From Ophelia neglecta (Eukaryota): a stretch of 64,000 nucleotides of DNA. The stretch is from the NCBI GenBank assembly GCA_965285935.1, contig OZ260666.1, forward strand, positions 11,036,001 through 11,100,000. Reading direction: 5' to 3'. This document shows positions 38,684 through 51,300 of this stretch, piece by piece. Both the position numbers and the translations under genes were made by a program. The notes under the pieces are model-generated. The model saw nothing but the letters and a program-made list of their open reading frames with translations, did not search any database and had not been told where the DNA came from. Within the stretch, counting starts at the first letter, position 1, and the number at the start of each line of letters is the position of its first letter.

Positions 38684-41600
38684 AGATTGTAGATTTAGTA
38701 TGCATAGGACACAATACAATAGGACAGTGGTATTCAGTGGTCATATTTTGTGCTAAAATATGATGAAGATTCACTAAACCTGTTTGAGAATAGTCGTTAA
38801 CAGTGGTGTGAATGAGTACAGGACCGGGGAGAAGGCCTCCTCGTGAAAAGGTGACTTTTTTGGCTAGTTTTTACAAGTGTCCAGTACTATCACTGCAATA
38901 TCGCTCATTTAACTTCCCGCCTCAATGACTTTGTTTACCATGTGTAACACTGGCCTTCTCAAGTACGGTGGCCCATGTGTACACCGCTAACCGAACATTG
39001 GGGCAATTACCCTATGCTCTACTTGGCCTACCTGAGGATCTATTATGCCTGCCGAAAGTCAAGCCCGTCCAGGGTCTGATGGTGATACCAATACCATAGT
39101 ATCAGATGAGGAGGATACACAATATGAAGCATCACAAGTGGAAAATGATATTTACCAGGAAATAAAAACAAACTATGGGCGCCTATCTAAGGGTGATTTC
39201 AGAGATACTTTATCAATTAATCAGGAACTTAAAGATCTGAAAAGGATTAGAGCAGCACTTTACGATTCCTGCCGCTCAAATGTGGACAATACTCTACAAG
39301 GAAACCTAATCACTAGGAAAGATGGTGGAAACGGTCTTACTGCAGCGGAAAAAATATGCGAGGATATTTACTCGTTATTTCACTATGCTGAAAGGGATGC
39401 TTCGATGGATATTGTGAAAATCCTTAACGAAAAATCTAGAAAAGCGCATAAGCAATCTGTTCAGGTCCAGACCTCAAATTTGAATAACAGTATTGACAAT
39501 AATGACGAATGGGAGAATGATGCGGAGGAGAATAGCATCTTCTCCCTAAGGGCATTCTGTGGAGACCTGCTCAAAGCAAACGCCTTAATGCGGGACGAGA
39601 TAAATATTCTAATTAAAGAGAACGCCACTCTTAGGGCTGAAAACAAGGAACACCAAGTCCAAGCTCGGAAAATAAAGGAAGATCTGTCGACCCTGAACAA
39701 AAGAATGGATGAGTTGGACTCTTCTCGTTCGAAAGAAAAGGAGACCAAAAATAAGGAGGATTCGCGCACAAAAGAAAGAATAGATCTTCTAAATGACTCG
39801 ATAAATAGCATCTTATACCTAATATTTACCAATGACCAAGATAAGTCAAGCAAGTCTATAACAAAAAGAATCGCTGCAAGATTTTCGGCAAGAGATTCCC
39901 ATGATGGAGAGAACGAGAAGGATGACGAAATACTTACTGATCTAAAAAGTTTGATGCCAAGGGGCAATGTTGACAATTCTGGTTTGATCGAAGAGGAAAA
40001 TGTCTTCAAAATAATAAACCAACTTGAGGTGGAGCGTAGGAAGGAATCCCCGAATGAGACAATGGAGATCCCGGTTACCAAGGAAAAATCTGTACAAATT
40101 GTTGGAGAAAAATCTGGAAACGACCCTGAACTCGGCCAGAATCATTATAAAGGAAATCAACACGATGAGGAAGTCCGCCAGGTTCGGCCAGATAGAAAAG
40201 GCAAAACAGCGTTGGGAGTAACCACAAACACTGAGAGTAAGCTCATAAGACACGAACCGCGCACCAATTGTTGATGCTGAGGACTCAAACACATTAGAGG
40301 GTTTTACATTAGTAAAACATAAGCCACGCAGCAGAGCGTTTTACATTGGTAGTGTTAGGAAGAAGGTTTCTGTTGACCACACAAAGGATTTGTTGGTTGA
40401 ATACATTAGGCAAGTAGGCGCTAGAATCACCGACTGTGTCCCTTTGAAGGAGACTAAGTCTTACATCTCTTTCAAAATTAACGTTGCCGCAGAAGATGCT
40501 GAGATGGTCGAGGTTCCCTCCTTCTGGCCCGTAGGTGTCTCTGTGAGAGAGTGGGATTACTCACAAAAGGAAAAAGTCAATTGAACAGTTATGGAAAAAA
40601 AGTCGTTGCGTATCAGTACTTTTAATTGTAATGGTGTCATGGCAAATAGCAAACACTTAAGGAAATTGTTGGACCTTTCTGACGTTATGTGCCTACAGGA
40701 ACATCACCTGAAGCTTGAACATACCAATTATCTTCACTCCCTACATCCAGATTTCTCAGCTTTTGTTCGTGTTCATGGTAAAATTGGTGAACAAAGGAGA
40801 GGAGGGATTGCAATCATGTACCGCAAAGACATAAATTTTGCAATAACCAACCTTGATTTTGTAGGTAATGACCGGGTCCAGGGAGTTGAAATAAATACAC
40901 CTGAGTGTACCTCCATTTATATAGTCAATGCATACTTGCCAGCAGCTAACCACAGCATCGTTTAATTTATAAAGAACCTAGAGATTTTGATGGCCATGAT
41001 AGACTGTTTGTCTGAAAGAGGAATGGTTTTTATCTGCGGCGACCTTAACTGCCATTTAGGTGCCGAAGCCGGGCCGAGAGGTCTAGGGCCTCAAACTACC
41101 GTGGCAAACTCGTCCTACAAAACCTCCACTCCCGTCATTTTGACGTGATGAACTGTCACTCTGTTGGTAATGGCCCTTTTGGTACTTTCCTCTCACATGG
41201 CTCCCAAAACGAGACACACGTAGACTACTTCTGTCCACCTTTGGTAAACAATGGTCTAGTTATTTCCTGTGAAGTCTTAGAAGACCCGGCCAACACCTCC
41301 GACCACCGGGCTATCAGAATCAAACTAAGCTCGAACCTGGCTCGATACCCCCCAAAACTAGGAAGATACCGAAATGGGAAGGTGCCGACACTTCAAACTA
41401 CACGAGTTATTTAGACGAAATTTTGAGGGAATCCATAGGAGTTTTGTCAGTTGATCACGGAGGACTAGATGTATACGCAGAGACCCTACTCAGATGCCTT
41501 CAACAGGCCACAGTGGTAACCATTCCAACAAAAGATTTTTGCCCTTTCAAAAATCATACTGGGACAATGAGCTGGAGGCACTCCACACTTTCCAGAAACA

Positions 41601-44226
41601 AAAGAGACGTTTGTGGATTGATGCAGGTCGACCCAGGGGAAGGGGCCATCAATCCTACTCCGAATACAAGGATGCTAAATGTGCTTTTGCGAAAGCTCAA
41701 GAAATCAAGATCATGCAACAAGAACAGAAAAAATACAATAAAGTTGAACTCCATCAAGAGACCACCGTGAGGCAGTTTTGGCAGTTCTTCAGAAAAAAAT
41801 CACAAACATCATCAAATTACAATTCAATAAAAGAGGATGACACCGTGTATACTTCACCAGATGAAGTACGACGTTTTTGGCACAATCATTTCAAAGCTCT
41901 ACTTAATGAGCAACCAACTGCGAAAGACATTAATGATGACGATTTTAAAACAATGATAGATGATTATATAGAATCACTGACTGCATTAGCTGATAAGGAA
42001 ATGGATTCTACTGGTATCTTATCTGACGAAATAACTCCAGATGAAGTGGCCAATATATGTCGCGGTTTAAAGAAAAAGAAAGCCCCTGGTATTGACCTAC
42101 TAACATATGAACACTTCATACATTCTGGCCCATATCTTCATCGAGTTTTGAGTGATCTGTTCAATGGGATGATAAGATCCGCAATAATACCTAAGTGCTT
42201 TAAGGTTGGACTGATATATGTTTCCCACAAAGGACGAGGAAAATCGAAAAGTGACAAAAATTCCTATAGAGGGATAACTCTTTTGCCGACAATCAATAAA
42301 CTATTTGAGAAAATATTATGGAACAGGATGCAGCCCTGGTTGACTGAAGTTGACCTCCCTCACCCCCAACAAATAGCATGTAGGAGAGGGAATAATAATA
42401 TAACCTTGTCATTTTCCCTACAGGAGGCAATATTGAAGATAACCGAAGATGGTGGTCGTGTTTTCGCTTGCTTCCTTGACTGTGAGAAAGCCTTTGATAG
42501 GGTTTGGATAAAGGGTCTATTGTACAAGTTATACAAGAAGGGCATCAAAGGTCAACTGTGGTTGTTATTCCAAAACTGGTTCCAAAACTGTGAAAGTGTG
42601 GTGATGATAAATGGATCCTGCTCTAAGCCGTTCCCTGTTGGCCGGAGTATAAAACAGGGAGGAATCCTTAGTATGTTCTACTATGTCCTTAACTGCTCAG
42701 ACCTTCATGACTTTGTAAATATAAATTCATCTGGCCTAACAGTAAGTGACACTAAAATGGATTCTCCTAGTTTGGCGGACGATACTACCTTGTTATCGCT
42801 CACCAAGTCTAGACTTCAAAATATGATGAACAGGGCCTATGAGTACTCTAAACTGTGGAGGATGATTTACTCGAAGGAAAAAAGTGTATGTATGGTCTTC
42901 GGAGGAAAGAAATACAGAGCAGGACCAAATACAAATACAAAACGATCATGGTTTCTAGGTAATAACGAAATAAAGGAAGTGGACACCGTAGTACACGAAG
43001 GTGTCCGACTTTCTGTAAACCGCGACTCTCGAGAACGCTCAAAGGAGAGCCAAATCCATCATGGCACAACTTGCAGGGGTTGGGGTGGCACCTTCAAACA
43101 TGAACCCGATTGTTGGTGTGAAATAATATCGAACAATGTGTCGAACTTCCTTCCTCCATGGCTGTGAATTATAGACGGACCTTTCGAGACAGGAAATAGA
43201 GGACCTAGAGAAAAATCAAAGATTCGTATGCAAGAAATTACAGGGTTTGCCAACCCGTACACACAATGAGATAGCCACTGGCACCCTGGGGCTAATTTCT
43301 GTTGAGGCATTTATGGATCAACAAAAGTTAAACTTCTTCTATAAACTACTAAGCTTATCAAAAGGGGACGTTTGTAAAACTGTGTTCCTGGACAGACTAT
43401 TTACATGGATTCTCAAACCTGACAGAGTAAGGAATGGTTATGTTCCTAACATTTGGAACATTTTTTGTAAATATGGAGTGGTTCCATATTTTTACACAAT
43501 GTGCACAGCAGGAACCGACATGACAAAGCAAGGATGGAAGCGCCTCATCAGAGATGCAGTTCAACGACGTACGTCAGAAACTGCTGTAAAAATCTGGAAA
43601 GGAAAGCTCCAGGCTGTTGGTTCCTATCTGTAAATCGAGAAATGCGTGTCCTCAACCTATATCAAATAGCGTTGAGAAATGTAGAATACAAACCCCAGCT
43701 ATTGAACTTGGTAAGATTCCTTACACTTACCTCATACTCCATCGTTTGTCCGGTGTGTGACACACATGTTGTTTGTTCATGTCAATCTCCGCTTCTGATT
43801 GAAACAATTCTAGATCAGTTGGACATCCATGTCGGCGTCAGTTTGGCTTATCTGACTGAACAGGAACTCATGCCACACATTTTAGGACTACCCTTCCCTA
43901 GCTTAGACCAGGAGGGGCAAGACGCCATGATGTGTTTACTGGCCAAGATGATATCACTTTATGTTAGAGTTGTAACGTTTTAGTGCTGATTAGAAACTTT
44001 AGTTGCATAACGTTATTGCTAGATATAGTTAATAAGATTGACACTCTTGGATAATGACATTGACGAAAGCCTAAAGAGTTAATGCGGATTTGTAAGATAT
44101 ACGTGAAGACGGCACGTAATACCTGTCGTAAACTGTATATAACATAACTTTTGTACCTTTAATTTGCTTGTGAACTAGTTGATATGTATGCTCCAATATA
44201 AATTGGGAAAATAAATTCAATCAATC
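38684..44226 (+). mobile_element. Near full-length RTE/RTEX-like LINE with ORF1 and ORF2, decayed
   Basis: ORF1 39045..40584 (coiled coil, C-terminal SFKINV...FWPVGVSVREW, stop at 40272). ORF2 from 40591 (STFNCNG, LQEH, GDLN, SDH; RT LDCEKAFD, KQGG, LADD) is split by stops and frameshifts to 43983. Tail ggaaaataaa-ttcaatcaatc. Confidence 0.9.
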
Positions 44227-44865
44227 TAACCCAGGGATCAATGATAACAGTTTCAAGTCACACCCATTTGGTTGGTACCATAAGCGAACACAAGGGGTCA
44301 CTACCATTTTATTGCGAACCATATCAGCTCTTACCTAATAAGTATATAGGCCTAGGCACACAGATCAATAACCTTAGTAATTACTTACTGAATTGTGTTA
44401 ATGTGGTATTATATAGAGAAATAACATTTGCTAATGTTGTGAGGTACATGCAGATAGAATAGTTATTTTAAGGCGCTGTATTTTAGTTTTGGATTTTGTG
44501 ACTGTGGCAGACGACACTAGAATAGGCCTATTAAATATTATAATGTTAGTTAGCGACTATACTTAATACTGAGGTGATCACGAATGTACATAGATACAAA
44601 AAGAACTTCTGCATCGCTCCAGTGCAGTCTTTTATCTGGTAACTGCTACTGTATGCGTCAAATTACCCCGAGTCGGCATCAAACTATTGAGCTGACATTA
44701 CATAACTTGGTCATCCCTTCAGGAATCCATAATTTCCTTCTGACGTCACTTCCAAATGACGTGCCCTCCCTATCCCCACACACGTGCAGTAACCACAAAA
44801 ACATGTTAACCCCTTAACAGTCAATGTTCCATCTATCCCCGCCCTATTGACATTTTCAATAAACA

Positions 44866-45044
44866 AATCTGTCTCTGTCCCTCTTAAAGTTTTTTAAATT
44901 ACAAATCAAATCTATTCTTGGCATAGATAAAGCTTTAGAATGTGTGTGGAGGGATGCCCTCCTACTAAAACTTTTTAAGCTCCCTATTCGAGGATGTCTG
45001 CGGAAACTTATAAATGAATGTCAAATGGAATTCAACATGGGTGT
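44866..45044 (+). repeat. 179-bp direct repeat; the other copy is 34321-34376 + 38561-38683 (split by the CR1)
   Basis: Direct alignment, 3 mismatches. Confidence 0.95.
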
Positions 45045-46400
45045 CATGATAGATGGCGAACTGTCTGAGGAGTCCGCTATCACTCGCAGTATAAAGCAAG
45101 GCGGGGTATTGCATACTCTATATCTTATAATATCCTACAACGATCTACTCGAGTTCATGACATGAACAGTGGACTGATTGGTGGTGAGCGGTGTCAACGG
45201 TCAGCGGTGAGGAGCCCAACTATCGCAGACGATTCCGCATTTTATCTCCGACCCACGATGACCTGCAAAGAATGTTAACGGTCGTAGCAGACTCTGGCCG
45301 GAAATGGAGGCTTTAGTTTTCTCCAAAAGCAATCTCATCGTCTTTGGTGAAACTCCGTATCTACTTGAAAAAAAAAACCGAATCATAAATGGCTCTTGGG
45401 AATTAAAGTCGAAGATTTGTATAATATCACACACATGGGTATTGAACGTTCCGCTAATTTTTCGGCCAAGCACCGTACCAGTTATTTGTGTGATACAGGT
45501 CATCAAGTATTTGCAGGTCTTTCTGATATCGGTGTAATTAACAATCGCTTGAGTCCACTGACATTGGCAAAATTATGGACGCAAGTTTAATATCCATCTT
45601 TGCTTGCCCAGGTGAATCAAAGTTGTCTATTTCTAAAGTAATGTCTATCGTCGATTGCTACATAGATAAAAAGTATGGAACAACCTGTGAAAGACCTAGC
45701 TTAGTAATTGAGAAACTGTACACAGACGCGCCACCAAATCCATAGAGGAATTCCTACCTCGAACTCACAAGGATATACCACTGTCTTCTAGCAGCTGGAC
45801 TTTGGCCAATTTAGACCCAAAAAAAAGATTAATATTCTTCTGAAGCTAGCTACTCTCCGTGAAAGCCATCTGGCACGAACTTAAGATTTTTCAGATGGTG
45901 CTAACTGATTATGAAAAACGCCCAGTAAAAGGTCTGTACATGGGATTTATACCCGGTATAATGATACTCTCAGAAAAGCTCAGGCTGGTGGATCCGTGAA
46001 CTGGATATAAGCTACGTCAGGCTTATCCATGGACACGTTTAACGCGTGTATATGCGGAAATCTTAGAAACAACCCTACTGTCATATAAAATTATTAAAAA
46101 ATATTCCCACAATTCAGAGCAATATGATGAATATTGCATCTTTGCTATCTCTGTATAATGAGTTTTTGACTGTAACCTGTGCTTTTTGCAATGGCCATGT
46201 AGAAGAACGATGTTTTTCGGGGGTTTAATATTTAAGAGATACTAGGGAACAGATGTGGGGAGATATTGTTAATTTGGTAGAAACCTGTTGACTTCGTTAG
46301 ACTTTTTATTATATCCCATAAACAAACCTAGTACAAGTATTACTTTGTTATAAATAAAGACGACCCTCTAAATGTCTCAGACACTTATTTGTATTTATTG
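44910..46400 (+). pseudogene. Old degraded LINE RT fragment (related to the 38684 family)
   Basis: IDKAL..VW..LL.KL, RSIKQGGVL, YNDLL and VWNNL...PRTH remnants with many stops. Confidence 0.7.
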
Positions 46401-46851
46401 GAAATAATTGTTACAATTTTTGGTCCATTCTCAAACGCAATGTTATCTCATACGTATAAATAATTAATTAACATCTGTATGTATTCTTATATTCAACCAT
46501 TGTTCTCCTATATACGCTGTGTATATGTTTGTATGGGCTTCCAAGCAACTCCGATTAGGATATTTTTGAATTTTTGCACATCTAGTTTGGTTTTTGAAAT
46601 TGTTACAAGTGGGATACACAATCGATTTACCGCAGCATGATGCAAATAGCTTGTAATTTTTGAAATGGCTTCAGGTAAAAGTCAAGTTGTTCCCCAAACA
46701 TTTTAACATTAAAATAGATGGTATAGTGATATAAGGTAACATAGAAGTAGAAAAAATATGATATCAGGAACTCACTTGCCTGTCAATGGGAATCTCAATT
46801 CAAAAAGTTTATATCATAGTCCCCCATAAAATAACAACTTTTCCTTCAGTC

Positions 46852-47076
46852 GATTGATTGATTGATTGTTTTATTTTCCTTGACTGAACAAAAGCACAAA
46901 TATAAACTGAGCATCAATCTATATACACACTATTCATGATGTGTTCATCTCTGTAACATTACAATTTGATCCAGATTCACTCAGAGGAAAAATACACTAA
47001 TTCATATATACGTTTACAATAAGGGTCGAAGTATATCAACACCAGCCTCATTATACGACAATACTCATCATCATCA
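46852..47076 (-). mobile_element. Short LINE 3'-end insertion flanked by a 67-bp direct repeat
   Basis: Minus strand ends ggaaaataaaa(caat)n. Flanks 46785-46851 and 47077-47143 are identical except for 2 nt. Confidence 0.75.
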
Positions 47077-47634
47077 AATGGGAATCTGAATTCAAAAAGT
47101 TTATATCATAGTCCCCCATAAAACAACAACTTTTCCTTCAGTCTGTATTATGGATAATATAATATAATGGTTCGGCATGCAGAGACGACCTTAACAAATC
47201 TCAACAAATATGTAACTGCTATTAAACAGGACTTGGTTTGAATCACTCATAGGGAATACTACTTTAAGCAGAACATGAAAATAATTTATCACAGTCCGAC
47301 TCATCGCATTCAGGTTTGTGATGGTTTCTTGACACACTTGATGGATAATATTAGTATAAGCAATTATATATATGATATTCCCAAGTTGAAAATTATATTC
47401 GTTTTGGCCGTGGTCCGTGGACGGAAAAGAATCCCCAAATGTTAGCTACTTGTTCTAGCTGGTCTATTCAAATGAAATAGCATTCATATCTATACCATAT
47501 AAATATCTCATATAAATATTATATTCATAACTAAAATGGATTTGTTATCCTCTGATCGACGCTGATACCGCCCCCCCCCCACCACCACCACCCCCTAATC
47601 ATTTTCGAAATTGTGATTTTTTCCCATGTTTTTT

Positions 47635-48384
47635 TCAAGACTTAGCGATGTCAAGCACAGTGCGGCCGTTGACGTTGTTTCGAGTAACATCAAACCCTTC
47701 GTCTCGTAGATATTCAACAATGTCTGTATTCTCTTCCAATTCGGCGGCGTGTATAGCCTCAACATTGTTGTATTTGTCATTACGTTTGTAAGGAGTGCGT
47801 AAGGCAAGGTGCTCGGCAATATCAAATCGGCCAAACAACGGGGTGTGGCCTTCTGCATCCTCAACGGTCAAATTGGCACCCCTTTCTACCAGCAAATCAA
47901 CAGTAGCGATATGCCGATTCAAGCATGACAAGTGCAAGGCGGTTTTTTGCCCTTTGACGACTTTATCAATTTGGATACTATCATGAGAAGACAACAAATC
48001 GACAACCTTAACATTTCCCCTTTCTGCTCCGCGGTGCAGCGGAGGAAAGAAATCTTGCCCAGTTAGGTTTACGTCAGCGCCACCTTTTAACAAAATTTCA
48101 ATACATTCAAGGCGTTCGTAATCCGAGGCTATTTGAAGAGGTGTTAATCCGAGAACCCCCATTTTGTTTAAGTCTGCATCATTGGTGACCAGTGACAGAA
48201 ATTTATTCATGTCGTTTATTATTATAGCCTCGTGGAGTCCTGTTTGAGTTTGTTTTCCCGCATGAGCTAGTGCTTGCTCAGGTAAATCAAAGTTGTCTAT
48301 TTCGAATCTAAGGTCTATCAAAGATTGCCCTTGCTCCTGTAGAACGAGTCTGTCTTCATTGGAGGTACCGCCGTGTGTATGTAA
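47635..48384 (-). CDS. Ankyrin-repeat terminal exon (about 6 repeats), probably the cytoplasmic domain of gene B
   Basis: GLTPLQIAS, PPLHRGAERGN, KTALHLSC, GHTPL, EAIHAA and GRTVLDIA motifs. Phase-0 acceptor aattattgcag|; TGA at 47635-47637. Confidence 0.9.
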   Translation of the reverse strand, partial: LHTHGGTSNEDRLVLQEQGQSLIDLRFEIDNFDLPEQALAHAGKQTQTGLHEAIIINDMNKFLSLVTNDADLNKMGVLGLTPLQIASDYERLECIEILLKGGADVNLTGQDFFPPLHRGAERGNVKVVDLLSSHDSIQIDKVVKGQKTALHLSCLNRHIATVDLLVERGANLTVEDAEGHTPLFGRFDIAEHLALRTPYKRNDKYNNVEAIHAAELEENTDIVEYLRDEGFDVTRNNVNGRTVLDIAKS

Positions 48385-51300
48385 CTGCAATAATTAATTT
48401 GGAAAATAACAATATGGCCACAACTAAAAAAATAAAGCTTTCAAAGTTAAGTCACCAAATATAATTTTTTTTTGCTTTCCTCAAGTGTTACAGCTACAAA
48501 GGACTACTTATTTGATCTACTAGCCGCGAAACAATTTCCGAAAATATAATGTGACAGTTAACTCTTCCAATAGTGGTCATGTCGTTCTCCCTCCGCTGAT
48601 AATATATCATTGAACTTCTAAAGCAATATTCCATAGCACTTCCTCTTTCAAACTGACTAAATAAAGGCGGATATAAGAGATTCATTACTGGCTTAATTGA
48701 AATACCAATGTACATTTATCTTTGCTTAGAAAAACACTGCATGTTGAAAGCAGTATTGTAATTCCCCTGAACGTATGTGGCCTAAAGGATCAAATTCAAA
48801 CTTTAATTTTAAACGTTTAAACGTCAGAAAACGTTTCGACGCATAGCTTATTTTCATACATTCCCATACTAATAAATATTTCATTTAAAAGTAATCATTG
48901 CTGAGGTTACTACACAGAGATTGCCACATAGTTTGCCGAGTGGCCTAATGTCGTCAATATTGTGTGCAGGATAGGCTCAATTATGTTATATAGATATCTT
49001 GCTCAACGATATAGAGTCAATAATGGCAGAGCCACGTTGTTTCGGTACATAGTTCACTTACTTTTCTTCAACACTTAATCATTATGAATATATATGTTAT
49101 CAATGAATCGTGCCTTTCAAGAGTATACATTCCAAAAATATTTATAGACATGTTTATTTTCTTATTATAATGAAGTTATGACACTCACAGCAAACATGTC
49201 AATATCATATGATTACCTTATCATCTGAGTGATTTCGCTGTATATGTCGAAAATACAGACAAGTAAAAAAACAATAACAGACAGCGTTGAAAGGACCAAA
49301 ACGACACTTAAAATTGCACGCTGTACATTGCTATATCCTAGCACAATTGGAGTTGAATATTTTTCTAACTCCATTCGCCATCGATATTTTTCGACGAAAC
49401 TAAATAATAATGAGTTTCACTCGGTTAGATTTGATCTAATTAATTTTCAAATTATAATTGGACCATAAAGTACAATTTCCCATCAACTTTCTTGATTTGC
49501 GCCTTTTGCAATTTTACCGTGTAATCAGCGGTGCCCAGACCCCTTTTGCCCAGGCCTTAAGACATGTGGTCGATCTGATACATGAGTGCAGAAGAGTGAG
49601 AAATTAGTGGTTTCTGTTGAATGTTACTGCATGATCCTGTATACAGGACTCGCACTCGCCATAGTAAAACCAGAGAATGCGCTTTCCACTCAATTTGGTC
49701 CGAATGAGGTACGCAATATTTAGGCCGTTCACTTTTAGGCTTGGATCTATATGTGAATGATTCTTACTGAAACACAATGATATGTTACCGATACGCCTGT
49801 TAAGTTATAATAAACAGAGAGTGCCTGATTGAAATAACTGATAACATTTTATATATAATGCCAATGAAAAGCATACATATTTCTCTAAATGAACATTGTT
49901 TTGAAGTAACATTTACATACTTCATCCAGCTTACAGATTATTTTTCGCATATATTCTCAAGCTATTGACATAAGGGCTTTATCTCTGATACTTATTATAA
50001 GGCCCAGCTCCTCCTAAAGTTTCCTGGATCATAAACAAATTAGTTGTTTTCCATTAGCTTAAGTCATGGAACACTGTATTTTCATGGATAATTTATATTT
50101 GGCAAGTGTTATACTGACCGCATCAGGTTGATTTTGGTTTAATCAGCCTCGAATCCATTCCCGTTTCAACTATATAACTGACATTTTGATTATATCATTG
50201 AAATTTTCCTATTTGTGGGACACCCACACTTTTTATGAATGACTTACTTTTCTAAAGCAGTCAAGTTCTTTCTGCCCGGCGCGCTGTCGTTCATTCGATA
50301 TTTGATCTTCAGCATCCACAAGTACTTCAGAATCATTTGATAATTCATTCTGAATTAAAAATATATTGGTGAGAATAATAGAATGAAAAGACTATGAATA
50401 CTTTAGTTGCTTCTTTGCAGCTAGAAGCAAGACAGTATAAATACTCACTGACTAATCGCAGAATTTACAACGGGTAAGTTCTTCGTATACCAAATGCACG
50501 GGTCAATCATATCGCCTTACCATATTGCTTGAAATAAGTCCTTAGTAACATAAAAATATGTAATGAAGTTATGACACTCACAGCAAACATGTCAATATCA
50601 TATGATTACCTTATCATCTGAGTGATTTCGTTGTCTATGTCGAAAATACACACAAGCAACGAAAACAATATCTGACAGCGTTGAAAGGATCAAAACGACA
50701 CTTAGAATTGCACGCTGTACATTGCTATATCCTAGCACAATTTGAGTTGAATATTTTTCCAACTCCATTCGCCATCGATATTTTTCGACGAAACTAAATA
50801 ATAATGAGTTTCACTCGGTTTGATTTGATCTAATCAATTTTCAAATTATAATTGGACCATTAAGTACAATTGTTTATCATCTTTCTTGATAAGCGCCTTT
50901 TGCAATTTTACCGTGTAATCAGCGGTGCCTAGGCCCCTTTTGCCCAGGCTGTAAGACATGTGGTCGATCTGATACATGAGTGCAGAAGAGTGAGAAATTG
51001 GTATTTTCTGTTGAATGTTATTGCATGATCCTGTATACAGGACTCGCACTCGCCATAGTAAAACCAGAGAATGCGCTTTCCACTCGGACAGCGGGGGGAT
51101 CTAGGACCACTGTTTAATTGCTAATTTGAATCAAAATAGCAAACACTTTTGTATTTTGTAGGTAATAAATAACTAACGTTTGTTATAGAGTACAACCCGT
51201 TTACAGCAAGGAGAACTTTCAGCACATAATATATTTCAGTAGCGTCGCCAAAAAATTGGGTCCGAATGAGGTAAGCAATATTTAGGCCGTTCATTTTTTG

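Noticed and set aside
39461-40292. Antisense ORFs of 206 and 116 aa
   Set aside because: Shadow frames of LINE ORF1.
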